Shown: positions 12,195-27,822 of the stretch, in pieces
Numbering within the stretch: position 1 is the stretch's first letter
Layout of the letters: each line of letters begins with the position of its first letter
Source of the DNA: Orbicella franksi
Lineage: Eukaryota
Length of the DNA stretch: 64,000 bases
NCBI GenBank assembly: GCA_964199315.1
Contig: OZ116702.1
Location: 31,806,001-31,870,000 of the forward strand
Reading direction: 5' to 3'
Notes under the pieces: model-generated
Told to the model about the DNA's origin: nothing
Databases searched by the model: none
What the model saw: only the letters and a program-made list of their open reading frames with translations
Program-made: the position numbers and the translations under genes

Positions 12195-12595
12195 CCCTGG
12201 GGGAAGGGGGGTACTCCCTTATATGGGCTATTTAAGTAATATGTGCAGCCCCACAGGGTATGGTTTTTCAGCCGTTTCAGTCATGAATAGGGTATAGATT
12301 TTGGCCATTTTGGTCAGGGTATGGTTTTTGCACTCTAGTCTTCAATTGGGTATGTTTTTTAGACAAAGCTAATTTTTCATCATTATCGACAAGACCATCA
12401 ACAAAAGCTGTCATAAATAATGTTTGGGGCAACTGAGCCAGCTGCAAGGGTAATGAATAGGGTATCAAATTTTTGGTCAGGTCCTATATAGGGTAGGGAA
12501 AATTGCAGATTTTGGTCATAAACAAGGTAAGGGGTTTTGGGAAGTGGGCTGCACATCCCCACCCAATTTTTCTTGGAGTGCCCCAACCCAGGCTT
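12195..12595. mobile_element. MITE with CC(C/T)GGGGG..GTACTC termini, in the SEC61G 3' region
   Basis: Ends CCTGGGGGAAGGGGGGTACTC and GAGTGCCCCAACCCAGG. A reverse-complement copy of the same family starts at 63661. Confidence 0.7.
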
Positions 12596-12661
12596 GAACA
12601 AAGTTCATTTCAAGCCCTGCAACAATTCTTGCCAAAAATGGCCACTTACCATAGATGTGCG

Positions 12662-14126
<1,465 letters not shown>

Positions 14127-14274
14127 TTCTCTGTGTTATTTCCTTTTTTAATAAAAACAAAAGGTTTACGACACATTCTCTGTTAATTAGAACCACTGCT
14201 CCAAGACAGCGTAGAGGAAATCAGTGTTTTTCTTACCGGAATAGTTCTTCACAAAAGATCGAAAGGTGTCGTGT

Positions 14275-14330
14275 CACTAAAAGGAAGAAGAGAAAGAACG
14301 CAGCGTGGTATTGCATTATGGGTAGAAAAT
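14275..14330 (-). promoter_or_regulatory. Putative SEC61G core promoter: pyrimidine-rich TCT/TOP-like start plus Staf/ZNF143-type site
   Basis: The minus strand reads TACCCATAATGCAA (14324-14311), matching the Staf/ZNF143 core CCCAnnATGC. It is followed by GTTCTTTCTCTTCTTCCTTTT just upstream of the non-coding exon donor at 14236. Confidence 0.5.
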
Positions 14331-14564
14331 TGTTGATCCGCTGACGCCAACATTCAACAGAAAGCAGGCTCAAATTTTTTCAGTCGTGGTTTGGGGAAAT
14401 ATAAAGCAAAATCATGATCAGCCGTTTATTACATTTTCCCTTGATCTGTAGGAGCCCATCACTACCTCTATACAGACAAATGCAGGACAAACCTCAACGC
14501 GCGGTATCAAAAAGTCATCGCGACAAAGTCGTGCAAAGACCATATTTCCTCAAATAAAGACAAT

Positions 14565-14850
14565 AGAGGATGGATCATTTGACTTTTGAGGCGAGGGGGG
14601 GAGATGATTTGGTACCGGCACGAATTCTTTTTAACCCTTTCATGCAGCAGGAATTTGTTTATTTCCGGGACGTGTGTATGCATGATATTTTTTCCCATTT
14701 TACGTGCTTTCTTCGGCTCACTGAACATGCGTGAATATTTTCTTATGCAGTGGTCGTGTGCATGATTTTTTGGTACAGTGCTTGCGAGTGTTTTTTTTTT
14801 TTCAAAATCACACACCCCTCCCTTCAAAAGTCAACTCGTCCCCCGCTAAG
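14565..14850. mobile_element. MITE (TTTGACTTTTGAGG..GGGG / CCCC..CTTCAAAAGTCAA inverted termini) upstream of SEC61G
   Basis: Inverted repeat arms at about 14577-14600 and 14815-14836. Confidence 0.65.
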
Positions 14851-14989
14851 ACCCTCAGTCCTAGTTCTGGTGTCAAATACCTGACCCTTCCCCTCTCCCA
14901 GTTGGGGCCTTGATGGTGCCCAGCTTTTACAAGGTCTCGCGGCAGCAACAGTGAGTCAACAGACGTAAGTGGCTCGAGATTTCGCAAAA

Positions 14990-15280
14990 CCAGGGGCAAT
15001 AAGTTGCTCGCAATTTCTCAAAAGTTGCTCAGAAAAAGTCAAAAGTTGCTTTTTGTAACGAAAGTTGCTCAAAAGTTGCTCCAAAAAAGCAAACAAAAAA
15101 TTTTGTTGCTCTCTTCCTTATTTGGTTTGATGCACAAGTGCAACAAAAAGAGATTTCCAAGCTCTCTATTGTCATTCAGTCTAATTCCAATTTTAAAAGA
15201 GTGGTTTTCTTGTAAGGTTGGTAAACCCAAAATCGAAGTTAAATCAAAGACTCCAAACGCAAATATTTTCTTTTCTCACT
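14990..15280. repeat. Truncated element with clustered AAAGTTGCT repeats
   Basis: At least five (A)AAGTTGCT motifs within 15000-15080 following CAGGGGCAAT; resembles DNA-transposon subterminal repeats. Confidence 0.5.
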
Positions 15281-15420
15281 GAATGATGAATGAAAATTAA
15301 ACCAGCTTTTGCGCTTGACCATTCAACACAGATACAAAAATTTTTTTACTTTAAAAGATCGGAACTTTTATTTCTTTTAATTTAATATTTACAATGTAAT
15401 CATTTCAGCCACTCTATTGA

Positions 15421-15609
15421 TGCGTAGCTGGTGGTTTAAGCGATTTGAGCACGAGCACAAGATCCACAAGCGATGCGTTAAGCCGCGAATACGAGCGCCG
15501 ATGCTGCGAGGAGCCTAGGGGATAGCGTTTCTCATCTCTCTCTCCCAGGCTCCTCGCGATTTTGCCCCTTGTCCGCACACGCAGGTCGCGCAAAACCACC
15601 AGCTACGCA
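15421..15609. mobile_element. Foldback MITE immediately downstream of the Mnx stop codon
   Basis: Perfect 17-bp inverted repeat TGCGTAGCTGGTGGTTT (15421-15437) / AAACCACCAGCTACGCA (15593-15609), with an inner CGAGGAGCCT..AGGCTCCTCG pair. Confidence 0.8.
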
Positions 15610-15626
15610 GGGGCTACACTATTAAT

Positions 15627-18839
<3,213 letters not shown>

Positions 18840-21800
18840 TCCATGTCGCTTGAATTAGGTCGTCTGTCGCGTTGACGTGTGGTGTCGTCTTTATGAAGCT
18901 TTCTACACTCACTTAATGTTATTCCAGCTATCGCCTTATTCACACACTCTTCGCAAATTCAATTACCATTCCTTCCTGTGATTGGCAGTGCTGGCGACAA
19001 TTAGTTTCTAATCTTTTGTTAATGAAAGCTGATGAAGGTTGAATAAAGGCTAAAGTAGAACAATCACGCCTTAATTAGCATTAATTTCGATATAATTTGT
19101 TCAAAGGTCCTAATCACCCACATTACTAGCTTGATTGTAGTGCTATAACGTATCAATGAAAATATCAATCACTGTACGTTTGCCACAGAAATTGAACAAT
19201 AAAACCGCGAATCCTATTTGTCTCCATTCGAGTCTGTCGCACATCAGCCTAAGAGACAGATCCTAAGCAAACGCTAGCTAAGAAAGATAAGTTTCGCGGA
19301 TTAAGATCCACTGTCTTGCTAACACCTTGTGTTGGCCTTAAGATTTACAACACCAAAGTTTATGCCCCGATTCAAATATCCCGTGACATTTTTCCAAGTT
19401 TTCCTGTGCTTGGCAGATGTGTCAAGTTAGATTAACAAGTTGAGAAAGCTCTGTTTGGGGGGTAAAATGAAGCCAGTTAAGCAGCGCTCAAACTTCGGAA
19501 ATGTTGCCATTATACAAAAGTACAAAGGAGTATTCATCGTTTAATTTACACAGTTCGCATGTGAGCTCATCCTCGAGTTTCAAAACGACAAATAACTTTT
19601 GCCTTCATAAAGCTAGCTGTCCGTTGTCCGCCAATCCGGGATCGAGAGAGAGACTTTAACAGCAATCAAACTCCAGCCATACGGCTGGTAATAAAAAGTA
19701 CAGGCTTGTGTATACATTTCAAAGTACACACAGTAAATGTCGAATGCCTTATTTAGAGGACTTACACAAAAGCTGTTTGTTCTGCAGCCCCCACGGCTTA
19801 ACTTTTTGGTGAGCAATCACGCTAACAAAGGGATAAATTTAGTCTCGCTTGATTTTCATGCAAATTCCAAGGCGTGGGCCAAACAAGAATTATTTTTTTC
19901 TTTGTCCTCGCAGTTTTAGTGTAACGACGAAGCTATAAACAGGAAATCGAGTTCTTTTTAATCTTCCGATAGTAATAAACCTGTCTTTTGTTTGTGACAG
20001 CTTTCTTCGCAGATGCTCTGTTCTTGATTTTTGTCTAATAGGTCATGGAAATTTAATTTGGCTTTTGTTCCCCGTTCAGTGAAAGAATGACAATCTTTTT
20101 TTATCATTGTGCCTTAATTGAACTAATCGTTTTATTTTGAAAGGGTTTACCACGGAATGAATCGATCGTCATCGGAGATAAGTTCATTTGAGAGGCAATT
20201 TGTGGATGTTTTTGACAAGGTTTATGCTTGCATTATACGGCGTTGGTTGTATAGTTGATACGGGAAAAGAGTGCCGCAAGCTCCCGTTAAAGTCCTGAAA
20301 TTTGAATGGCGTTTGCTAAACAAACGTAAAACTGCTTTTCACGGAGTTATGATAAACATTACAATTTTTAAAGTAACTTTTGAGATTGGTAATCACTATA
20401 GATGCAACCCTTAAGGTAATATATTCATACAAGAAAAACTAGCTAATAATAAAATGATCTAAAAATCTGCTAAATTAGTGTTAACAATTAGGTCGATAAC
20501 TATTCAGTCGAAAGAAAGAGAGAATTTCGTACAATTATTTTCGGGAAAGATGGCAACTGTTTTCTCAATCAATGTTTTCTTGTCTTTTTTTTGTCGCGTG
20601 AAGAAAGAATTTTGGAATTTTCTTGATAAAATATTGTGATTGGAGTAACCAATTCTTCACGACTTTTTCCGCAGGGACCTAATTAACTTGCCAGTTTCTC
20701 GTCTGACCTAAGTGCACATCTATTGCTGGCGGCATTAATTTATTTGGATGATATGCGCTTCTGTATAGAGCAATTTATTTCATCTCGGCAAACAAAAGGT
20801 TTAAAACGGAAATGCCAAATCAAATTATCACAGTGTCATTTTCTTCAGTGTACTTTCTCCGTGAACCTCTATTCCTTCAATGTTGCAGTCCTGTTTTACT
20901 AGCACTATCAGAATTGCCGAGAGTTCCGATTAACAGCAAAATTAACAGGAAGGCTGTATAGACTAATTTTCAGAGCTGATATACAAATGTGGTTTGACTA
21001 GGAAAAGGAGATTGCGATGTAATGTTATTCAGGAGATAACAACCTACCCACAAACCTAATAAATCTTATTAACGCTATGATAAGTTTCAAAATAAAGACA
21101 TTTTCAATCACATTATCCTTTCAATGCGATAACAATTAGGTTTTATGCGATTTTTGCACACTTACATGGTTTCCTTATCTACTCCAAACAGGATTAACAA
21201 TTTGAGTTAATTTGCATAACTTTTACACTCTTCCGGAATAAAGCGTTCCAGAGTAATTTATTCACGAGTAATCTATTTTTATTTCTGTTTTATTTATTTT
21301 ACTAACCAATGAGCAGATCATAATTATTTCCAGCCCTCTGTAATTTCTTGTTAATTTTTCATTGTTTTTTTTTCCTTTTGACTGTTCGTAAAAACGTGCT
21401 ACGACACGTCTTTAGAGAAGTAGGTAAACTCATCTTCAAGTCTGTGGCATTATAATTTCGATCGCACGTGTCGAAATTAAAATTGAACCCATGCGATCAG
21501 ATGATCATTTCATCGTCACTGTAGTTAACGTTCCACTGATCCAATAAAAAAGCTGAGAGGAGATATCAATGTATAATAACAAGATGCTGTCTTGATGTAC
21601 TAAGAAATTCTCAAACTGACTCAGATCCCGAGAAGTAAAATAGTTCGAATTCCCTTGATGACTCTTCGGCTAGATTTATCACAATTCTTCTGTTGTCTTT
21701 AAGATTTCATTCAGCTAATCGAAATAGTCTAAAAATGCCATTAGTTTATATTGTAGAATGATTTATTTTTTTCGATGACTTTAAGTTTTTTTTTAAGGGG

Positions 21801-21964
21801 GGAACAAGTTGAATGAATCTATTTGAGATCACATTATCTATTTATCTGAAAACTCTTCCGAAGAATTGGTGTGAAAAAATTGACTGAAAAAGCGGGCTCG
21901 CAGTGAGAGAAAACGAAACTCATCGAAGAGCTCTACAATTGCTTGTTGATTAGTGTGCTTTGTA

Positions 21965-22150
21965 ATTTAGACTGAGGTCAGGCCATGAAATTCCGAGGAG
22001 TGAGTTCGAGCCCTGCCCAATGTCGTTGCGTGGTGTTCTTGGGTAAGACACTTTTCTCTCACAGTCCCTCCCTCCGCCCTCATGCACCTGGGTGTATAAA
22101 GCCCCGGATGTATTGGGGAATTGTTTATGGGCGCAACCCGGGTACGGAGT
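21965..22150 (+). mobile_element. Degenerate tRNA-derived SINE
   Basis: B-box-like GAGTTCGAGCCC at about 22002, then TGTTCTTGGGTAAGACACTTTTCTCTCACAGT..CCTCC. A related degenerate copy lies at about 2048-2200. Confidence 0.6.
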
Positions 22151-23796
22151 TTACTTTCATACTTGCTATCAAAGAGGGAACTGTTGCCGCCTTTCTAGAG
22201 TTGTGTTCGTCGTTTTTGTAACCTGTTCCTTTTAATAATCAAGCCCCTTCATCGGATCATACGAGAATCAGTCACATCAAATCCAATGATCTGAGTTCTA
22301 GTCGCAGTTTTTGTGTTTCACTGTTAGTGTGATTGCTTTCGCATTCGGTGTTCAAATTTCTAAGTACCCTCGATGGTTTGTACGTGAGTTACAGGCAAAG
22401 TTAATCAACCACTTGGGACCTTATCATCTTGTTTCAACATGGTTGCCGATAATTATGTTTGAAAGTAACATTGAATTGAATAGAATCTAACACTGAGCGT
22501 ACCTTAGTTCAACATGTCCTCAATATTTTCTGCATATATTTTCCATAGAGTTGTGAATTCAAACAGTAATTAGAGAGATTGAGAGACAATAGTGAAAAAA
22601 AAAGGGAAAAGAAAGGCTCGGGATGCTAACAAGGTTTAACTGATCTCTGTAATGTCTGGATTTGTGAAGACGCTGTCAAAATGGTGCAAAGCTTGCTCTT
22701 TTTAAAACCAGGGGAATAATATCAAGGGGAGTTCCACATAGGGGGCAAGGTCTGGCTACCAGATCGGGCCCGGAAGTCATCATCAACTGAGCGGGGTGGG
22801 TGGGTCAAAGAGTTGCTTTTGGAACTAAAAAGTCGTCATTTCCTTTGCAGGAAAGCCTGGCAAGGTGAAATGTGTTCAGTTGAGGAGCTTCAAGCAAGGT
22901 GGGTTTCCATGTTCCGCAGTGACAGGTTGACAGGCGTCGATTGATTGAAAAGCCAGTGTATTTCGTGGAAAAGTGGCAGGTTTCTTGTTTTGAGATTGAC
23001 ACGGTTTTCATAAATCCAGACATATAGATAAAATTCAAAAGACAACCTGATAACGTCGTTTGTGAATTTAAAAAGCCGATACTTATGATGCACTTAAAAA
23101 ATTTTAATTCTACTAAATGTGTCGAGAACTGAGGCATTTTTCAGTCAGTGAGTCAAACATAGCCTGCCGGCCGGGAAACAATTTTTTCCTTGATGGTCTA
23201 CCTAGGGGAGATGATTCCGGACTACAAAGACCCCTCTGGTAGTGGAATCCACCAGGTTTATGATGTGTGAACTATGTATACCGTGTGTCAACTGCCACTA
23301 ACTGAATAATATCTTTCTTGTCATGCTGCAATCTGAGAAACTTGAAAAATCCAGAAATGTCTATATGCATGTTTACCGCGAGCTAGTTCAAATAAGTATG
23401 GATGGCATACCTTCTATTAATAAATCTATAGCTAAACTTTCTAAGTTCGCTATTTTCGGGATCTTAATCTTCTTATGGGTCTTAGTCTTCTGCAATTATA
23501 ACCATCCTTTTCGTTTTGTTATGCTATTACAAATTCAGTGTTTTTCTGCTTTACTAAATTATTATTCATTGAGGTTTCGTCGATTTCAAAGCAACTGATT
23601 TTATACATTGTAAAATATTTCTTTACATCTCATTTCATATCTCCTTACTTAGGGCAGCGTATAGACCATTTTTACATTTTAAAATGTAAATTGTGAGTTG
23701 TCTCCGTGAGCATTTAAAAACGAAATCGTTCATAGAAACGAAAGTTATATTTACAAGAGTGAAGATTTCCTGACACCTCTCCCCAAAGTTTGAACT

Positions 23797-26700
23797 TTAT
23801 ACAACTCTCTGGCTGATGCTGCCGGGCACCTGGGGCATGGCGGGATTGTTCTTGTAGTAGTGGGGGGAGTAATAATTGAAGTAAGATGACGGATAGGTGA
23901 TGCCCGCTCCAGCAGCGTAACTTGCTATTCTCAGCTGCTGATCCATTTGTGCCTTCTCTAGGCGCTTGTCTTTCGCTCTGCGGTTCTGGAACCATATTTT
24001 CACTTGTGTTTCAGTCAGACTGAGGCAGGCTGCGAGCTCAAAACGCCTAGAGCGAGTGATGTACTCGTTTTGGTGGAATTCAAGCTCGAGCTTAAGTGTC
24101 TGTTCGCTCGTGAAGGTCGTACGCTGTCGTCGAGTCTTGCTCTCTTTTCTTTTGCGTCTCTGGGGAGCTGTGATAACAAAATAAAGTCAATATTTAGAAT
24201 AAAATAAGAAGTCGGTAAAGTTAAGTTAAGAACGCTACAATCCCAAGTTAAAGATCAAACCAACCCCGTTCCCAGGATCCTCTCTCTTCCTCACCGGAGC
24301 AGCCTAGGAACCAGGTTGAGATCGAACGAGACAGATGGCAAACTGTAGCCATAAAGCTTGCCTACGTCCTTTTCGCATCCGTTCACACGTCAAAAGCACT
24401 CACGGCCAAAATGTGGCTTGTTTAGTTAGGTAAAAAAGTACACCAGAAAAAAGGCAATGCGACGAATTTAAACGTTCAAAGCAGTTTCTTAAATGCACAA
24501 ATTGACTAAAATGTTGCTGTTACGATGTACCTTGACCATCTAAGCTCATCTAAAGAGCGAATGCATTCGATATTGCTTTGCTACGGAGTTAATTTGGGGC
24601 CTAATTTGTTTCACATCCTCTTGTTGTATTTCCCCACAAAAATCAATTTAAAAGCATCTGATAGTTAAACAGAAAATCACTAGTGAAAATCAAATTTCAG
24701 TTGGTCAAAATGCGTCCTGCCAATTGCTTAAAGCAGTGAAATCAGGAGAAGATAAAATGATTGAAATAACTTGAACGTTAGAGACAAAAAGACTCGTTAA
24801 TTGTCTTGTTATTGTTATTTACGAAAGTAAGATTTAACAAAATGAGATTATTATGTTTCAAAAACACAGTCTTTAAAAATTCGATTTCATAGTTTAATTG
24901 ATAGGACATTTGTACAGAGAATTCAAGGGTTGTGAGTTGGAATGCGGGTGATAGTTCAAAGATCTCACTGATTCAAGCATAATTGTCGTGGCTAAACATT
25001 AAACGTGTGTTTCTGCTATAAACATTTACAGTCTAGGTAAAATTACTGGAAATGTGGACTTATGACGGGAAATGTGAACAATTACGGTAGTTTATCCAAC
25101 GGCAAATTCGAATCGAATGTTTTAATGTGGGAATTGAAAGATGTGTTTCATTTGGGAAAAATGCTTTATATCCGGAAAACTTGAAGAAAGAATGCCATTT
25201 TAGGCACATTGTTCGGCCATTCTAACAGAATATCGCAATCAAACAAAATCTAGAAATTGCCGATTGCAGCCTATATGACCTTCACTTCCTTGTTAGAAAA
25301 AATCCTTTATAGAATGCGAAAATAATTGTTCATGCGTTGTTGTAACAGCCCTGAATAATTTCCCATAAATAACCGCATAAATTTCAACATATTTCTGCGC
25401 GCGCTAATGAGCAGTCCATTAGAAATGTTAACCTTTTCTTTCTCCTAACAGTGGGCCAGAACAAACAATTAAAGATATCCACTTAATTATGTCGGTGAGA
25501 ACTGTTGTGTGATGGCTTTTGTTTATGAACATGGCACTCTACGTTTAAATGGCTCTTTAGGAAATGCTCTACGCCAACACGTGATCAAAAGAACTTGGAC
25601 AAACAAAACTATTTTCTACTGACCTTGGAAATGACAACAAAAACGTGATTGTGTCATCTGCCATTTTCAGAAGTGTTCTCATGGTTAGTGCGTACGGTGA
25701 TGAAGGCAGAGACTAGAGTTTTGTTTGTTGGACGAATATAGTTCATTGTTAACGTTTTATGACCGAGTGACTAACCATTAAATATCATCAACGTGTTTAT
25801 TAAAATATCCCTTTTTTCGAGTTGTCGATCATTTGGGACCTGAATTGGTTTAAAATCATTCGTTTCTTCAGTCAGTATGGGGTTTTATTTCACTCGGCAA
25901 AAATGACTTGCTAAATGGAGATCAAACAGCGACTCGCGGCTGGAATAAAAATGTCATAAATTGGGTTAACATGATGTTAGCCATTTAGCTTAACTGTACC
26001 GCTAACAGCACGCTTTTAAGTGTGAGCAACAAATATAACTGAATCAAACGTTGGCATTTATGGGGCATAGCGAATGCCTTGAAAGCGATTATATCTATTT
26101 CCGGGTTGAAAAAAATACATCTTTTTCTTAACACAGATACTTCGTAAACAACACCGTCAATGATCTGGCAGTCAGCATGTAGCAGCTTTTGAAAAATAAA
26201 AGATTGATTTTATTTCTCCTGAAGTACCTAAGGGACTAATAACTGAGCGCGTTTTGAAAACATCGTGATCAAAAAATTGGTAACCAAGTGACTGAAGAGT
26301 TTCCTTGCATGGAGATAAAGGGCGGTTTTTTGAAGGAATACAAGATGACAACGCACCACGCCCGAGTACACACAGAACCTTTAACGACATCGATGCTACA
26401 GACTCTTTGACTCTAGTCTTACTGAGAATTGAGCATAAAAGAATAAATGCCTTTCTCTTTGAGTTGCAGGATTTCACTCCATCTGTTACGCGCCGTTAAT
26501 TCATTTAACGTTCGCTGTTTATCGCATATAGGCAAACGAGTGAGTCGAGAATTGTGATGGTTTGCCAATGCTAGAATTCCTTCCCCTACTAACGTTCTTT
26601 CCAACGTTTTCCGAGCGTTTTGGCAAAACTTGACACGTTTGTTTTAACACTGTTAAGAGCCGAATGGATATAATACAAAAGATACAGGAAAAAAGAGCCA

Positions 26701-27736
26701 AGATATAGAGTACTTTAAAAATTACTGACGGTTTTTTCTCACACTGTTAAAGTCCCCAGCAAAATATACTGGGGAGACTTTTGTTTCTCACGTAGGAACT
26801 ACAGGCACTAAAGTTAATTGGCCGTAAATTTGACTAGCTTTCAAAAGGAAAGAAAATCTATCGATAGCTAATGGAAGTATGTTTTGCAGGATGAAAGCTG
26901 TACTCCAGTTCTTATGAATTGCACTTTTTCTGCTTCTATCCTGATCGTAACCAAAGAATATTTGTTGCTTTCTGCAGTGCATGTTCTTCTTTTAGGCACT
27001 TAATATGACAAACAAGTACAAACAAAAGGACACATTTTTATCACAAATTGTTTTTTAATATACGGAAAAAAACGAGCGGTCTAAAATGGCTATTCGAATA
27101 AATACAGTATATAGTTGAAACATTTTCCACCGACCTTTCTGTTTCTCGATATGGAAACACGTATGTTATTAATAGTTCAAAATGGACTCGGTTGATTATT
27201 CTTTCTTTGTCAAAACTGAACTACTTTTCAAGACGAAAGGGTCATTGAGAATTAAGTAATTCCTGAATCATTTGACAGTTTTCCGGCTATAGAGTTCTAA
27301 AGCCAAATGACATATTTTACTTAATCAAGAAACATTTTGCACTGTGTATTGAAACGAACTTCGAGTCTCATTGAGTACCCTTTGTAGCCGACACGTCCTT
27401 TGCTGTCAAAGCGCTTGCTAACAGTTCAAAATTTCACTTACCTTTGGGAAGATAGACGGGAGCAGGGACTGTCACTGCTCCAGCCATGGATTGGAGTGAC
27501 ATAAAACGAGGCTCCGCTACACTCTGACTAATGGCAGTAAACCCGGTTGGCACGGCAGTTTGCTGACAAGGCTGGCAGTTACACACGCTTGGTGGATGAA
27601 ATTCGCGCTTAGTCAACGGCGGGGCAACGGAAAAAGCGGACTTTCTTTCGCTTTCCTTTTCCAGATCGTTTGCTTTAGTTTCGACGGGTTTCTTCCCCAT
27701 AAGAGAGTCCACGCTGAAAGCGGATGAATTCTGCAT
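23797..27736 (-). CDS. ro: Rough (Ro) homeobox protein, ~221 aa, 2 exons
   Basis: Exon 1 is 27442-27736 ([14 protein letters not shown] eh1-like motif; donor G|GTAAGT) and exon 2 is 23797-24167 (acceptor TTTGTTATCACAG, phase 1). Homeodomain [66 protein letters not shown] matches Drosophila Rough ([37 protein letters not shown]). Confidence 0.94.
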
Positions 27737-27814
27737 GTTGGGCTCTGTTTGGCAGGTTGGGTCCTCTCAGTGAAAAGATGTGTTTGCTTTTCTTTAAGGG
27801 TACGACCAGCGTGG

Positions 27815-27822
27815 TTTATATG
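27815..27822 (-). promoter_or_regulatory. Candidate TATA box of Rough
   Basis: CATATAAA on the minus strand about 80 nt upstream of the Rough ATG (27736). Motif match only. Confidence 0.4.

Noticed and set aside
22805-23137. 110-aa minus-strand ORF between Rough and Mnx
   Set aside because: No splice or homology support and no recognisable domain; length is within chance expectation.
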